The notes under the pieces: generated by a model | Database searches by the model: none | What the model was told of the DNA's origin: nothing | What the model saw: only the letters and a program-made list of their open reading frames with translations | Made by a program: the position numbers and the translations under genes | Assembly (NCBI RefSeq): GCF_000150275.1 | Contig: NW_002060943.1 | Span: 5,290,008-5,354,007, forward strand | Reading direction: 5' to 3' | DNA from: Trichoplax adhaerens | Taxonomy: Eukaryota; Animalia; Placozoa | DNA: 64,000 nucleotides | Part shown: piece after piece, positions 19,677-32,026 of the stretch | Numbering within the stretch: the first letter of the stretch is position 1 | How the letters are laid out: the number at the start of each line of letters is the position of its first letter

Positions 19677-21342
19677 TCAAGCATGCTTTAAAGCTTCCTT
19701 TTTACTAAGATTTGACAATTTATCTTCGTTTTCTTTCACAAACTTTTTAACAGCTTCTGGGTTGACCCGAAATTGATTTCTTAACGCCCAGCCAATGGCT
19801 TTCCTAATGAAAAAGTCTTTTTCTGCGGCACATGCGAGACTATATTTAAATAATTTTTTTTGATCAGTCTTTTCTTTATAATATAACTGGTGTAGAATAG
19901 CCGTTCGTTTAAGCCAAATGTTATTGTCAGCAATCCATTTATCTAGAATAGGGCCTAAGACATCAGGATTGCTTTTGTTCAATTCGCCTATAACTAAATC
20001 ATTAATGAATTCCTTAAAAAGAAGTCATCTTAAATTCAATAAATGATTAATATAATTAAAGATTGATAGCATACAAAGAGCTACACAATCGATCTTGTAC
20101 TTTATAAAGTTTTAACCTCTTGGCGCAAGAGTATCGACACAGTCCCACCAAGACTTGTTCGTTATCATACTTTCAATAACCTCAACACTCTTTTTTAATT
20201 CATCATCCGAATCACCCGTTAATGCAGGTATAGACTTTGTGGCTAATTCTGCAGCAAAGTACTGTTTACAATGAAAGGAATAAAGATGCTGTTATAATAT
20301 TGTATCCATCTAAATGGAAATGAATTACCGACATAGTCATAGGTATATCATTGTCAACCTGATATTCACGCTGGGGTTTCTTCCATAATTCAGTTAATAG
20401 CTGATGATATTCATTAAAGGATAAATCTGGTAAATCTTTGCGAACTTGCTTGTCTATCTTTTGCCGTTCAGGTGAGTTAATCCCTAGTTTTATAATCAAC
20501 ATACATTGAAAAGGTTAAACTCTTATGATTATATTGATCACCATACTGTAGTATAGGAATTACTATCGAAAGGTGCATGAAATAAAATACGAAACGTTCG
20601 TCCGATTCAAAGAGTGAATAATTTTGTTTCTTCTCATTACCTGTATTTACGTGTTATTATCGAGGGGCTAATGCGTTCGTAAAATCCTATCAAAACTAAT
20701 GTGATGCTTGATCATTTATCTTTGCTAAGGCTCTGTTGCATTCCGAGCTCATTTACTAATCCAAATATTCGTACGTACATAGACTGTACCAGGTACTTAT
20801 TTGTGCAAGTCTAATACTCTTCAACTACAACTTGTAAACAGATCAATCTAGCTTCAGTTGGCGTACATAAGAGTACTTGTTGTTACGAAAACGTACTCCA
20901 TAACAGATAGACTCAGCTTGCATTGCATTTTTAATTCCTTAGCATGTACGGATACATTCGACTGGATGTACGTGGATATTGAGCTTAAAACCGATGCAGT
21001 GTAAATTGCTCTTTAATAGGTCAATTTGATCTAAACTATCCTACAACTCCTATAACAACATTAAGTTATTAACCAACATGAACTACCAATTTGCAGTTTA
21101 TAATTATGATAATACAAGATTCAGAAATGATTGGATACCATATAGTAGTATTTACCATAGTATTCGAATTGATCTCGCATGTACTTTTTCATTGTAACCG
21201 CTTTATCTGCATTGGCTTTTTGCTGATAGCCTTTTTCCAATAATTTTAATACTTCAGCAACATTGCGCGTTACAGACTTCATTTTCCTGCTTGTTTTATT
21301 GGTTGAGGCTTTAGTCTTTTGGTTTAATCGTTTGACCGGCAT
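19677..21342 (-). CDS. alkD: AlkD-family (HEAT-like repeat) alkylpurine DNA glycosylase, paralog A; 257 aa; exons 21156-21342, 20359-20483, 20117-20261, 19677-19993
   Basis: Phase-consistent GT-AG introns (phases 1, 0, 1). Motifs MKKYMRDQFEYYGINSPER, LWKKPQREYQY, KSWWDCVD, WLKRTAILHQL, DFFIRKAIGWALR, LSKKEALKH. Confidence 0.92.
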
Positions 21343-23175
21343 TTTAAGTGAACAAAGTCTTGGAGAATAGTGAGGCACGAAGGAATTGCTTTCTGATGAG
21401 CTGCAAGCCTGCAACCTGCAGCAAAGCAGCAATCTGTAAACAACTAATGATTCAATTGAGTGACTACTAATCTTATACTGTAGTCTGGACTAGGTTCTGT
21501 ACGACAGTGTTTTGACTAGAGTAAGTTGCGAGTGAGTGCAATTCTATACTAATGACATAGTGGCGCAATATAGGTCCGACCACAATGCTGACCGACTACA
21601 GCAAAATGGAGATCATGCTTAACCTGCATAAACATGTTTATTTCGAATAGGAGAAACCGCGGGATATCCGTTTCTATGGTTATTATTATGATTGACAAGG
21701 TTACTGAAAACATATTGTGGACAGTGGCATTACACAGTAAAGTAGAGGCGTAAAAGACATAGCGATTAATACGTATTATAATTATATAATTAATAAAGCA
21801 TTGAAGGAGAGTTGACAGAAAATAGAAACCTTCATGTAAGTTTTACAACTAGCTGCTTTTAATAATATAATAAATGATACAGTAAGAAGATTAATAGACT
21901 TACGTATGCTATGTAGACGCAGACATATGTAGCAGTTATAGGCAACTAAGTGCAGGCGCTTGTGCAACTAGAATTCAAAGACGTTTACTACACTCGGCTA
22001 TGAAACATGATAGATTGCAACAGTGCCTACAGTTTCAATATTACAGAACATCAAATGACTTTTACTGTTCTAAAGTTAGTTTTGCAATATACCACTTTAA
22101 TAAAACATACTAGAAGTGATACTGTAGCAGTTCCAGGCAACTGACTCTAGGAACTTGATAGAATACGATTGTAATAAAGGACTAAAAGCAGAGTCCTTTA
22201 TAGCTTTTAGTATGTAACTATATTAATTTACTATGGAAAATACCTAGAAAGTGATAGTATCTTTGTCATCATCTTTTCTTCTTCACTATATATACAGTAT
22301 ATATATATTTTACAAGGTATTATTTAGATTGCTATGGGAATAACCTAAGAGCAATCGCCTAATCTAAAGAAAGGGCGTTTGATAGTCTGTTGAGATTATA
22401 AATGAATTTGACTTAGTAACAAAACCCTATCCATAGAGAAAGGGGAGTTATAACATGACAGTAAAGTACTGTAATACTGGCTATAATCGTACAGTTACCG
22501 TACAACTTCATGCTAAAATGTCAACTGTCAATACTAATGTCATAAAAGTGGTTATAGTTGTCATATAACATACTAATATGAGAATTTGGTTGTAAGAAAT
22601 TTATTCAAAACATGTTGACAAACATGTTAGACTCGAATAGTATAAAAGGGTCTTGGAGGGAGAGCTAGAGTAACCTCTCAGTTTTGTTTTCTAGGATAGA
22701 TTATAGGTCTTTTATTGCTGATCCCTAAGAACCTTCTTATATTATAATAAAGCTATTTTTAGCCTACGACGTTCTCGGTCTCGGTATTACTGTGTACGGT
22801 AGTAGAAGATTAGCTTTAGAGATTGTTAATATTACGCCTCGATTTATTACGAGAAGAAAAAATATCGCAAAGAGTGAGAGTTCGTCATGTAACTTTGTCG
22901 CGTTAATGCGGTGTGGTTACGCTCGCAAATAGGGTATATAGTGCGTATGAACACCGTTAAATTTATGTACATATTAATACAGATTAAAACGTTCGAAAAT
23001 TATCCAACAGTTTGCGGTACTTTGTATATTTTCCGGTGCAACATATTCCATACACCCTTCGGTTATAATGCAAATGTGTAGATCCTATGGATTATAAATG
23101 ATTCATGAAATAGGGTAGATTATCTAACTAATCCATCGTAATGCAGATCACAGTTCCAAAAGATACGCCAAGACA

Positions 23176-24916
23176 ATGCCAGTCAAACGCTTAAATAATA
23201 AAAGAGCTGATGCTAAAGTCAAAAAAATGAAGGGAAATGGTAATACTCTGACAAATAATGTCAGGAAAATTCTAAAGGCTTTGGAAAGTGCATATAAACC
23301 ACATACCAATGCGGAAAAGGCCAAAGCCATGAAGAAATACATGCGTGGCCAATTTGAATATTATGGTAAGTTTGTGCACTATATAGTATGAACGGTAGAT
23401 CATAACGCACCATTTGAGTAGAAGGCATTAAATAATGTGACAGGTAAGAAAATTGACCATTATACATATAATGCTGTATACAGCAATGCAATAATAGTGT
23501 GTACCTCTACAGGATCCTAAACATATTTTTTTGCATGGTTGACATACTGTATATATGTGATTGTGTAAGAGATGGCAACAAATTGAGTATTGCCTCCCGC
23601 TATAAATCGAAATTTGCAATGAAGAACTTAGGCTACCGCGAACCTATTATTAAGTCTGTCCTTTCCAACACTTGTCTGCAGTATGATTTAAAGACTAACC
23701 ATATCTACCATCAGGAACCCACAGTAGCTACACGTCTCTCTCAGTAAACTATTTGTGCAGGTCTAATCATCCTCAGATTATTGACTTGACCAATGTAGGC
23801 AGTTGCAAATGATCACACTTATTGAATAGAGAGAAAGGAACGTAATCCTTGACTTAGATCAGTTAAATGAGTGAGAGATTTATTTTTATTAATGAGGTGA
23901 TCGCGTAGGCGATATTGACCTATCAATATATTTGTGTTATAGCTCAAAGTTCAATGTCAACTTGTAAAATTGATATAAGAAACGCAATACACGTTATTCT
24001 TAAAGGACTATAAGTTACTAAGACATTGCAATAACAACTTTGGGCATTTAATATAATTTAATCCATTATATTCAGGAATAAATTCTCCAGATCGTCGCAA
24101 GATCGATACAGATGTTCGAAAGACAATGCCGGATTTATCATTAACTGAACATCATCAATTACTAAATGAATTATGGGAACTACCTCAGCGTGAATACCAG
24201 GTAAGGATTGTTGCTTCTGTAGTTTATTCATATTACTGCCAGCGATCAATAATTAATTGATGCAATTACTAAATTTAACATAATTTCCGTTGATTAGCAT
24301 TTTGGAGCTGAACTTGCTAGAGACTCTGTAAAAATTTTAACAGGTGATTCCGATCAAGATTTAAGAGAAAGTGTTACCGTTATTGAAAATATGATAATCA
24401 AAAAATCATGGTGGGATTGTGTTGATCTTCTAGCGCCAAGAGGTTATAAATTACTGTAACGTCTTTACTAGCTGCTTTAAATCATAAATTGACAATAATC
24501 ATAAAAATGTAACAGGATTAATAAGACTACTATAAAAATGCAATTTCTGAAGGGCTTACAGAATCTTGCAGGTAAAATTTTAAATTTCTTCTGCTTTAGT
24601 TATTGGTGAATTCAATAGAATCCAGCCTGAAGTTATGGGTCCTATTCTAGATAAATGGATTACTGATGATAATATCTGGCTTAAACGAACTGCTATTCTA
24701 CATCAGCTATTCTATAAAGAAAATACTAATCAAGAGAAATTGTTTAGATACAGCCTTGCATGTGCTAAAGAGAAGGAATTTTTTATTAGAAAAGCAATAG
24801 GCTGGGCATTGAGAAATCAATTTCGAGTCAATCCGTCAGCAGTTAAGAAATTTGTTAAAGAAAATGATAATAAGTTGTCTTACTTAACCAAAAAGGAGGC
24901 ACTAAAACATGCTTAA
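23176..24916 (+). CDS. alkD: AlkD-family DNA glycosylase, paralog B; 258 aa; exons 23176-23365, 24076-24200, 24298-24442, 24600-24916
   Basis: Same intron positions and the same 125/145/317-nt exon sizes as paralog A. Motifs YMRGQFEYYGINSPDR, KSWWDCVD, WLKRTAILHQL, EFFIRKAIGWALR. Confidence 0.92.
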
Positions 24917-26427
24917 CAGCTAGCCATACAGTCGATTTCGTACATTTTAATGATTTGCACACGCTATGATGTTTAAATGTAACATGAGTGCTAACGCGAT
25001 ATCAGTACTGATTTAGAAAGCCAAAAATGTGTATATATATGTATACTCTAATTGCTGCTGATACTAAAATTATTTATCTCAATCGATACTACCAATTTTA
25101 ACTGCTGCTTTTGCAAAATCCTTCAGCTCCACTAGATCAATTCATATAACATCTACTTAATAAGATTACGTCCTGAAATGTTCCTGATAATCTGTAATAT
25201 TAAGATGGACCGTTAAACTTGTTTTCTACTATTTAAAACAATTACTGGTCTAGTGTGCTCCTATTTTTATATTTGAAACATTTGAATCTAAATGTACAGC
25301 GACTTGAACTATAAGAGATTCTGTTTCTGCTATTGGAGCAACTCACTCACGGTATGAGATTGAAATTTATTAAACTTCTTCAATGCCTAGTAAGTAGGTT
25401 TTACTCAACAAAGATCTTGTACATCAGCAATCACGATATTTCGATTTATTGTACTATTTGAAATCATGTTTCTCTAAATATTTTTTGTGGATTTGATACC
25501 TGAATAGCTATTAATGCCATACTGCAATTACTTAATTAACATTACTACAAATCAAGTACTTTATTATCGCGGTGTCAAGGAGCTACAACTAGACCATTAA
25601 CCGGATACAAACATAAATTGTGATCTTAGACAACTGTAACAAAGTATGGTGCGTTCCTTTTCTGACTTAGCATTTGTGCCATGTTCTGTAAATATGAATT
25701 TCAGTCTTTAAAGCTATCCAGCTGCCCTTCATTCAACGCCCAACAAAGCAGATGGGCTAACCTAGCATTTTTACCACTATTTGAATGAGTTTTATAGCCC
25801 TGAAGTTCTTAACATTCTGGTCAAATTAACCTAAGTAATAAGTAATAATTACACCTCCTCAGATGATTATGTACTGTGATTACTTTTACTCGATAGAGAG
25901 CTTAACAAAGAGTTTTATGTAGTCTATTACACTTTTATTATAAATAACCTTAAAGGCATTATCGTGTTATATAATCAGAACGAGTAAGTATATCTGAATG
26001 TGATGTTGAAAGTGCATTAATCAATTAATAAGTAAAAGATGTAGTAAGATATACAATTAAACCGATCTTATAAACAACAGAATCACTGAAAATATCGGTA
26101 AAAATTAGTGGATATTACTTTGCACTACTAATTCAAACAACCTGAGCATCTACCACGCTGCTAAACACGTATAAAAGTACAATTACAATACTGCATTTAT
26201 ATTATCGGATTAAGATAGCTCATTTTAAGAATAAGAAAATATATCATGGTAAAGATATGAAATAAACATATGAAGATGTTACTGGCAAGTGTCGATAACA
26301 ATATCGAAAAACTGTTATGATAGCTATGTCAAGAATTGACGATTGCATATACCTATAATGCCAATTATAATAACAACAGAAAATTTCCCAGTAATTACAG
26401 CTAGGTTTATTTTTTTCCTGACCCTTT

Positions 26428-29158
26428 TCATATTTGAAGATGTAAGTCGCCACAAGCATAAGATGAACGACCAAATCGAAGCCCTGGTAGACGATGCCAT
26501 TTCTTTTCAACAAGATCAAATGCATCGACATTGGTTAAATTATGTTTTCCATCATTGCCACCAATAATAATATAATAATTACCAATAACTTTAGCTTGGC
26601 AATTATCCCTGCGGGACGGCATTTTGGTTAATAATTTCCACTTGTTAGTTCTAATATCGTACCATTCAACAGTATCTAGTTTTTGTACACCATCAAAACC
26701 ACCAGCTACAATAATATAATCATGCCACGTTGCTGCAGCTGGAAAAGTACGTGGTTGACACATTTTATTTAATATTTTCCATTGTGGTTTCTCCCAAGCT
26801 TTATGACTAAGTTGATACGATTCTACACTGGATAATGGTAGTCCATCATGCTCACCTTGTCCACCAACAACAACTAAGTGATTCTTGGTGGTGACACAAG
26901 CAGATCCGTAACGTCTTGAAATCATAGCTGGCAGGGAAGTCCGACTCCAGACACCAGAGTTATAGAAATAAACTTCAACTTTCTTCAATGCTTCGGTCCC
27001 TTTTAAACCTCCAACAATAATCAGTCGATTATTCCATACGCAAGAACAGCTGTATTTCTTCGGTTCTTTCATGCATTCTAAAGTATCCCATTTCATCGTT
27101 TTTAAATTGCAATAGCGCGTACGATTGCTTAAGCCATCTGTTTCAACAAATCCACCACAAACAATAAATTTATTAGTTAGAATACCACCACTAGCACCAT
27201 AACATCCTGCTTCCATAGGGTAGAGAGTAGTCCATGAAATTGTAGTAGAATCAAATACTTCTACATGATTACACAAGTACCCGTCATTAATTCCACCAGC
27301 AATGAAAATATGATGATTCTTTTCTAATTCGATCTCGGAGTTAATATTACTTTTCGAATTATCTGCTTGCTGATTATTGTCTCCTCTTACATTCATGACT
27401 TTTATTTGATCCTCTATCTCTACGGTTGGATAGAAAAAGGCAAAGAAATTAATTCGAAATAAAATAGTTTAACCTTAGAGTAAAATAGCGAATGGGACTA
27501 TAATATAGGATAATTAATTATAATTTTAAATAATCATCTTATAATTCTTGAAGCTGCTGCATGATATTCTAGCTCCAATTGTAAATTATTATCAATTCCA
27601 ATTATGTTATTTGCATGATAATAAGACATATTTTGCGTTAATTGCACAAATATATCAATACTGCATATTGTGAATTAACATCTTATTCCTCATATAATAA
27701 CTTTCTACATTTGTACCAATAAATGATCAGACACAGTTCCTCATATTACAAAATTTCGCTATATAACCGGGCTATAATATGTCTCAACTCAATATCATGC
27801 CGTTTATATCGTAATATCTTATAGAATATCTTTAAATTTGCTTTAAGTATTATAGACCGACTATATATCGTAAATCGATGTCTTTGCCCTTCATATGATA
27901 ACTTTCTGCATTTACATTCACAAATGATCAGACACAGTTCTTCACTCAGCAAGATTTCCGTTATACGGTATAGGTATAATGTATCATAAATCAAAATCAT
28001 GGCGTTTTATAACGCAACATCTTAAATTAATTATATCTATGAATTTGCTTTAAATTTCATATAACTACCGGTACAGAATATCGCCAAGCTATATCCTACT
28101 CTTTATAGGATACCGCTAACTGTTTATATTAGTGTCAAATAAATGATACGATTTGCTTTAAACGTCATGTAGCTACTGAATATAGAAAAATCCATATCTT
28201 ATCCTTGGTAATATAACTCTTTATATTTGTATCAGTAAGACAATTAAATTTAGTTTCTCATATAGCAAAATTTTCGCTATGTAGTACGAGTATAATATGT
28301 TAAAATCAAAATTATATCGTCTATACCATAATATCTTACAGAACATCCGTGGATGATGGTGTAAAGACTACATCAAGATAATTAGATCAGTCTGCCTGAT
28401 ATGGTAACGGAAACAACAAATTTTCTGTTATATTTGAAAACATACAAGTGTTCGTGTCATAATAGGTCTCACTATTGGGTATCATGGTGTTCACATGACA
28501 AAATCTTGCGTATACTGTACGTCTATAAAATATCTGTGTCTTTTCATTAAGATGATCGAATATAAATTTTATCCAAAGGAAAAATTTCCTCTAGAAATTT
28601 TTGCTATAGTAAATTTTCATTACAGGTATCATGCGAAAGATACGAAGGCTGTGGTTCTGATCGTCTTAGACCTTATTAAAGTTAAGCAAATCTGTAATTC
28701 TTTTCAACAGGTGCTAGTATTCAATAGCTATATTACAGTTATACTTTCGACATGATCAATTCTTTACCTCTAGGTGATACTTGCTGGCTTGTAGTTTTGG
28801 AGTCATTATCGGTATTACCCTGCCATGGGAGGATAGACTGGCTATCTTCGGGATCATGGATATTACCATCATGATCTGATTGGTTTGTAGCAAATAACTC
28901 TTGTAATTCAGGACAGACTGTCAGCAATGCTTCGATAAAGATGGATAGCTTCTTATTGGATTTGCTGACAGCTAAATCTAGAATTTTACTTGCTTGAGCC
29001 GCAGGTGTAGATTCCCCTTTAACCTGTTGACAGTCTTTGATAGCAAAAAATTTCTTATTATACAACTGTGTTATACCAGGTAAGATATTTTTCTTTAGAC
29101 AATTGATCAATCGAATTCGATGGCTAGATATTATCGACACAGTCTGATCACGATCCAT
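26428..29158 (-). CDS. CARD-Kelch protein, ~460 aa; exon 1 28768-29158 (CARD + linker), exon 2 26428-27419 (six Kelch repeats)
   Basis: Exon 1 has a CARD-like helix pattern (IISSHRIRLINCL...LY...CQQVKGEST...QASKILD...FIEALL...PELQELF) and ends AGAG|gtaaag in phase 1. The acceptor tttctttgcctttttctatccaaccgtag|AG ATA GAG is phase 1 and in frame with the Kelch ORF. That ORF has six hydrophobic-GG blades (HIFIAGG, FIVCGG, LIIVGG, LVVVGG, IIVAGG, YIIIGG). Confidence 0.8.
27700..28340. repeat. Degenerate ~200-300-bp tandem repeat inside the CARD-Kelch intron
   Basis: caaatgatcagacacagttc recurs at ~27720 and ~27921. atttgctttaa and caaaattt(t)cgcta blocks also recur. Confidence 0.6.
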
Positions 29159-30540
29159 ACTCAAATCTTCTCCTCAAATTAATAAATTATTTCTTTACAT
29201 CAATATTATAGATTGATAATCTTTTACACTATCGAATTGAACTGCACCCAAATGAGAATGATTACGATAGACAAGATTAACGAGTTACTATAGATTGTAC
29301 TACCAACTGTGCTACCCATACATTATTTATCAAATCAATATCAACTAATAAAAAAGTAAATTATGGTAACTAGGTAACAAAGGATAACTTATTCTTTTGT
29401 CGCCTTTTGTCTACAAATTAATTAATTAAAATTAATTACTGTTTAGTGATTAATTGAAAATAGAGTCCATACAAATTCATTGTATGATTGGTTCTATTGC
29501 AACATAAATCGGCTAATCCGATGGGTTTTTATATTAGAACTTGTAGACGTTTATACGGTTTTTACTTGCATCTAAAAAATTGGTGGTATTTAACTGATAG
29601 TATACCTGATTCGACCTAAAATTTAAGTCAATGTTATTTCTATTGCATAGAAGCGTAAGGAATTTCGAGTTACTAGATGGATATTGTTTATATTTGGATT
29701 CTAATGCATTTTTTTTTTAATCTGAGATCGCCATAGTGCATCTACTGATATTCTTGTATGATTTAAGGTTATATTATAGCTTCTGAATAAGTAAGTATGT
29801 GCAAGGTTTTTTCGAATTTGGATAACTTGGGCATTTGACCTATTGTGCATTTAATTCGATCTAAAAATTGAATTAATATTATTTCGAAGTCATAATCATG
29901 CATATGTGTAAGCTTCGCGCTGCTGGATGAGCACCTTCTAATTGTATTTTTCTTCAAACCTGAGATAGATATAGCGTATCAACTGTCATTATTATACTAT
30001 TGAAGATTATAATAGAATTTTTATATGTTTTGTAAAATTTTTGTATTTGACCTACTTTACAGCCAGTTCGATCCAGAAAACGAAATCAATTTTATTACGA
30101 GTAAGTGCCATGCAATGCATAAACTTTGAGTTTAAGGTTTGAGTTTAAGGTTGGATTATAATGCATTTTCTTCAAATTTAGATAGGCATAAGACACTACT
30201 GCTATTTATAAATCTTTTAAGTAGTATATCAATATTAGTAGCAGGCGGGGATTAGAAGCAGAAATAAATGTTATTGAAAGAATATAATCAATGAATGTAA
30301 TTATCGATTAATAATATGTAAATTATTAATACTTATATATACGTATGCATGTAATATCTCTCTCTATATATATAATTAGGCAGTTAAAATACGTAATTAG
30401 GAAAAATTATCAGTCTTATGGAATGAGCAGAAAATAAATTTAATCTATTTATCCAATTGATTATAATCAATGTAATCTATACATGCATACCAGATTGAAG
30501 TAAATTAACAGAAATAACAGTATCCATACACTATCCTTCC

Positions 30541-30590
30541 NNNNNNNNNNNNNNNNNNNNNNNNNNNNNNNNNNNNNNNNNNNNNNNNNN
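30541..30590. other. Assembly gap (50 N)
   Basis: Run of N. Confidence 1.
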
Positions 30591-32026
30591 GTAAGCCTAT
30601 GGATTATATTACTACACAGATCTGTACTCATATTTAATTTATTACCGTTACCGAGTAGAAATTCCGTAATTACTCCAGTATACTTAACTCATAGTTATAA
30701 TTTTTATAGACTGTATGCTTGTACATGATGACTAAAATGCAGAGACATATTTCTGTTTTGATACTGTAATCTTTGAGATTAGGGCTTCGATAAAACAGTT
30801 AACACAATATGTTTATATCTTATGCTGTTCGTCATTAATTTACTTATCCTTTTTGATTGATATATGATGATATGCCTGCTAGTATAGATATGCCTGCTAG
30901 TATTCATGATATGCCGTTATAGAATATTATTTGCTATTATTTTCTACTTATAACAGTAGTTAAATCTATAGGAAACTTTCGTTCAGTACTCAAGCTCTAG
31001 CGCATTTTCCTAGCTATACTATAAGGAAATTTTATCTCAAAATCGTAATTATAATTTACAATCATTCCACATTATTTTAAAAGTATGGAATATATCTGAC
31101 TAGTTGGTTAACAAGTCTCTTAATTGATGAATTCATTGCAATTAAAATAGCTAGTGGGAAGACAATATGTGATTACTAAGCACACAAGGCCTGCAGATAA
31201 TCTAAAACAATAATTTATCACCTTTTATTTCCATACCGGTAGCTCAATTGTAAATTGTTTAACACTACTCGCAAGCAGAAAGAAATAATAATTTTTAAAA
31301 GCATTTAAAACTTCAATGAAAATTACAAGCTATGTTATAAATATATGAGTTCATTAGGAAATAAATAAAATCTAAATGATTTTAAGATAGATAAGCGATA
31401 TCAGGTAAACAGAAAATCTAGAACGTGAACACGGCATATTTACTCTGATAGTAGTATAATTACACCTGTTTAGGTAATATCAATTTAAACCAGTATTCAA
31501 ATGAAATACAGTAGATGGTTAAACGATCCATTTTACTAACCCTGAGTTATGTAAAAAACTAAAGAATGAATTATTTTTTCAGAATATGCATTAATAAGAC
31601 GAGTTACATCTCCCCAATTAATTACCTAGCTAGTCAAACTAGTATAGTATCAGTTCCATTTATTTCCTTTAATTAATTACTGGTTCCTAATGTATTTCGG
31701 TATAGATTAATGACTATCAAATTAATCTTCAGTTCATATTATCTCTAGGACTTATTCCAAATTAATAAATAATTTATAGATAGAAAAAAATCACAAATTT
31801 TACATAGCTATAAATAGGTTATCTCCAGTAACCTCCATTTTGTCGTGTAACAAATTATCAATCAGTATGACAGATCGATATGTTCTAATAATTTATTTTT
31901 CTTGCCATTTTATCACAAACTTATAGTAAGTTTATAAAAATTGAATGATGGGTCACTTGTTTACGAATGAGCTGTTTGATAGCTATAAGTAAAAGACCTC
32001 TCTCGCTTTCTTTTATTATACTGTAG

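Noticed and set aside
14766-24916. Bacterial contamination or endosymbiont insert explaining the lipase and AlkD genes
   Set aside because: The AlkD copies have conserved spliceosomal introns, the base composition matches the flanks, and there is no operon-like gene density.
27746-28000. 84-aa ORF inside the CARD-Kelch intron
   Set aside because: It overlaps a degenerate repeat, has no recognisable domain and is not needed for the phase-compatible gene model.
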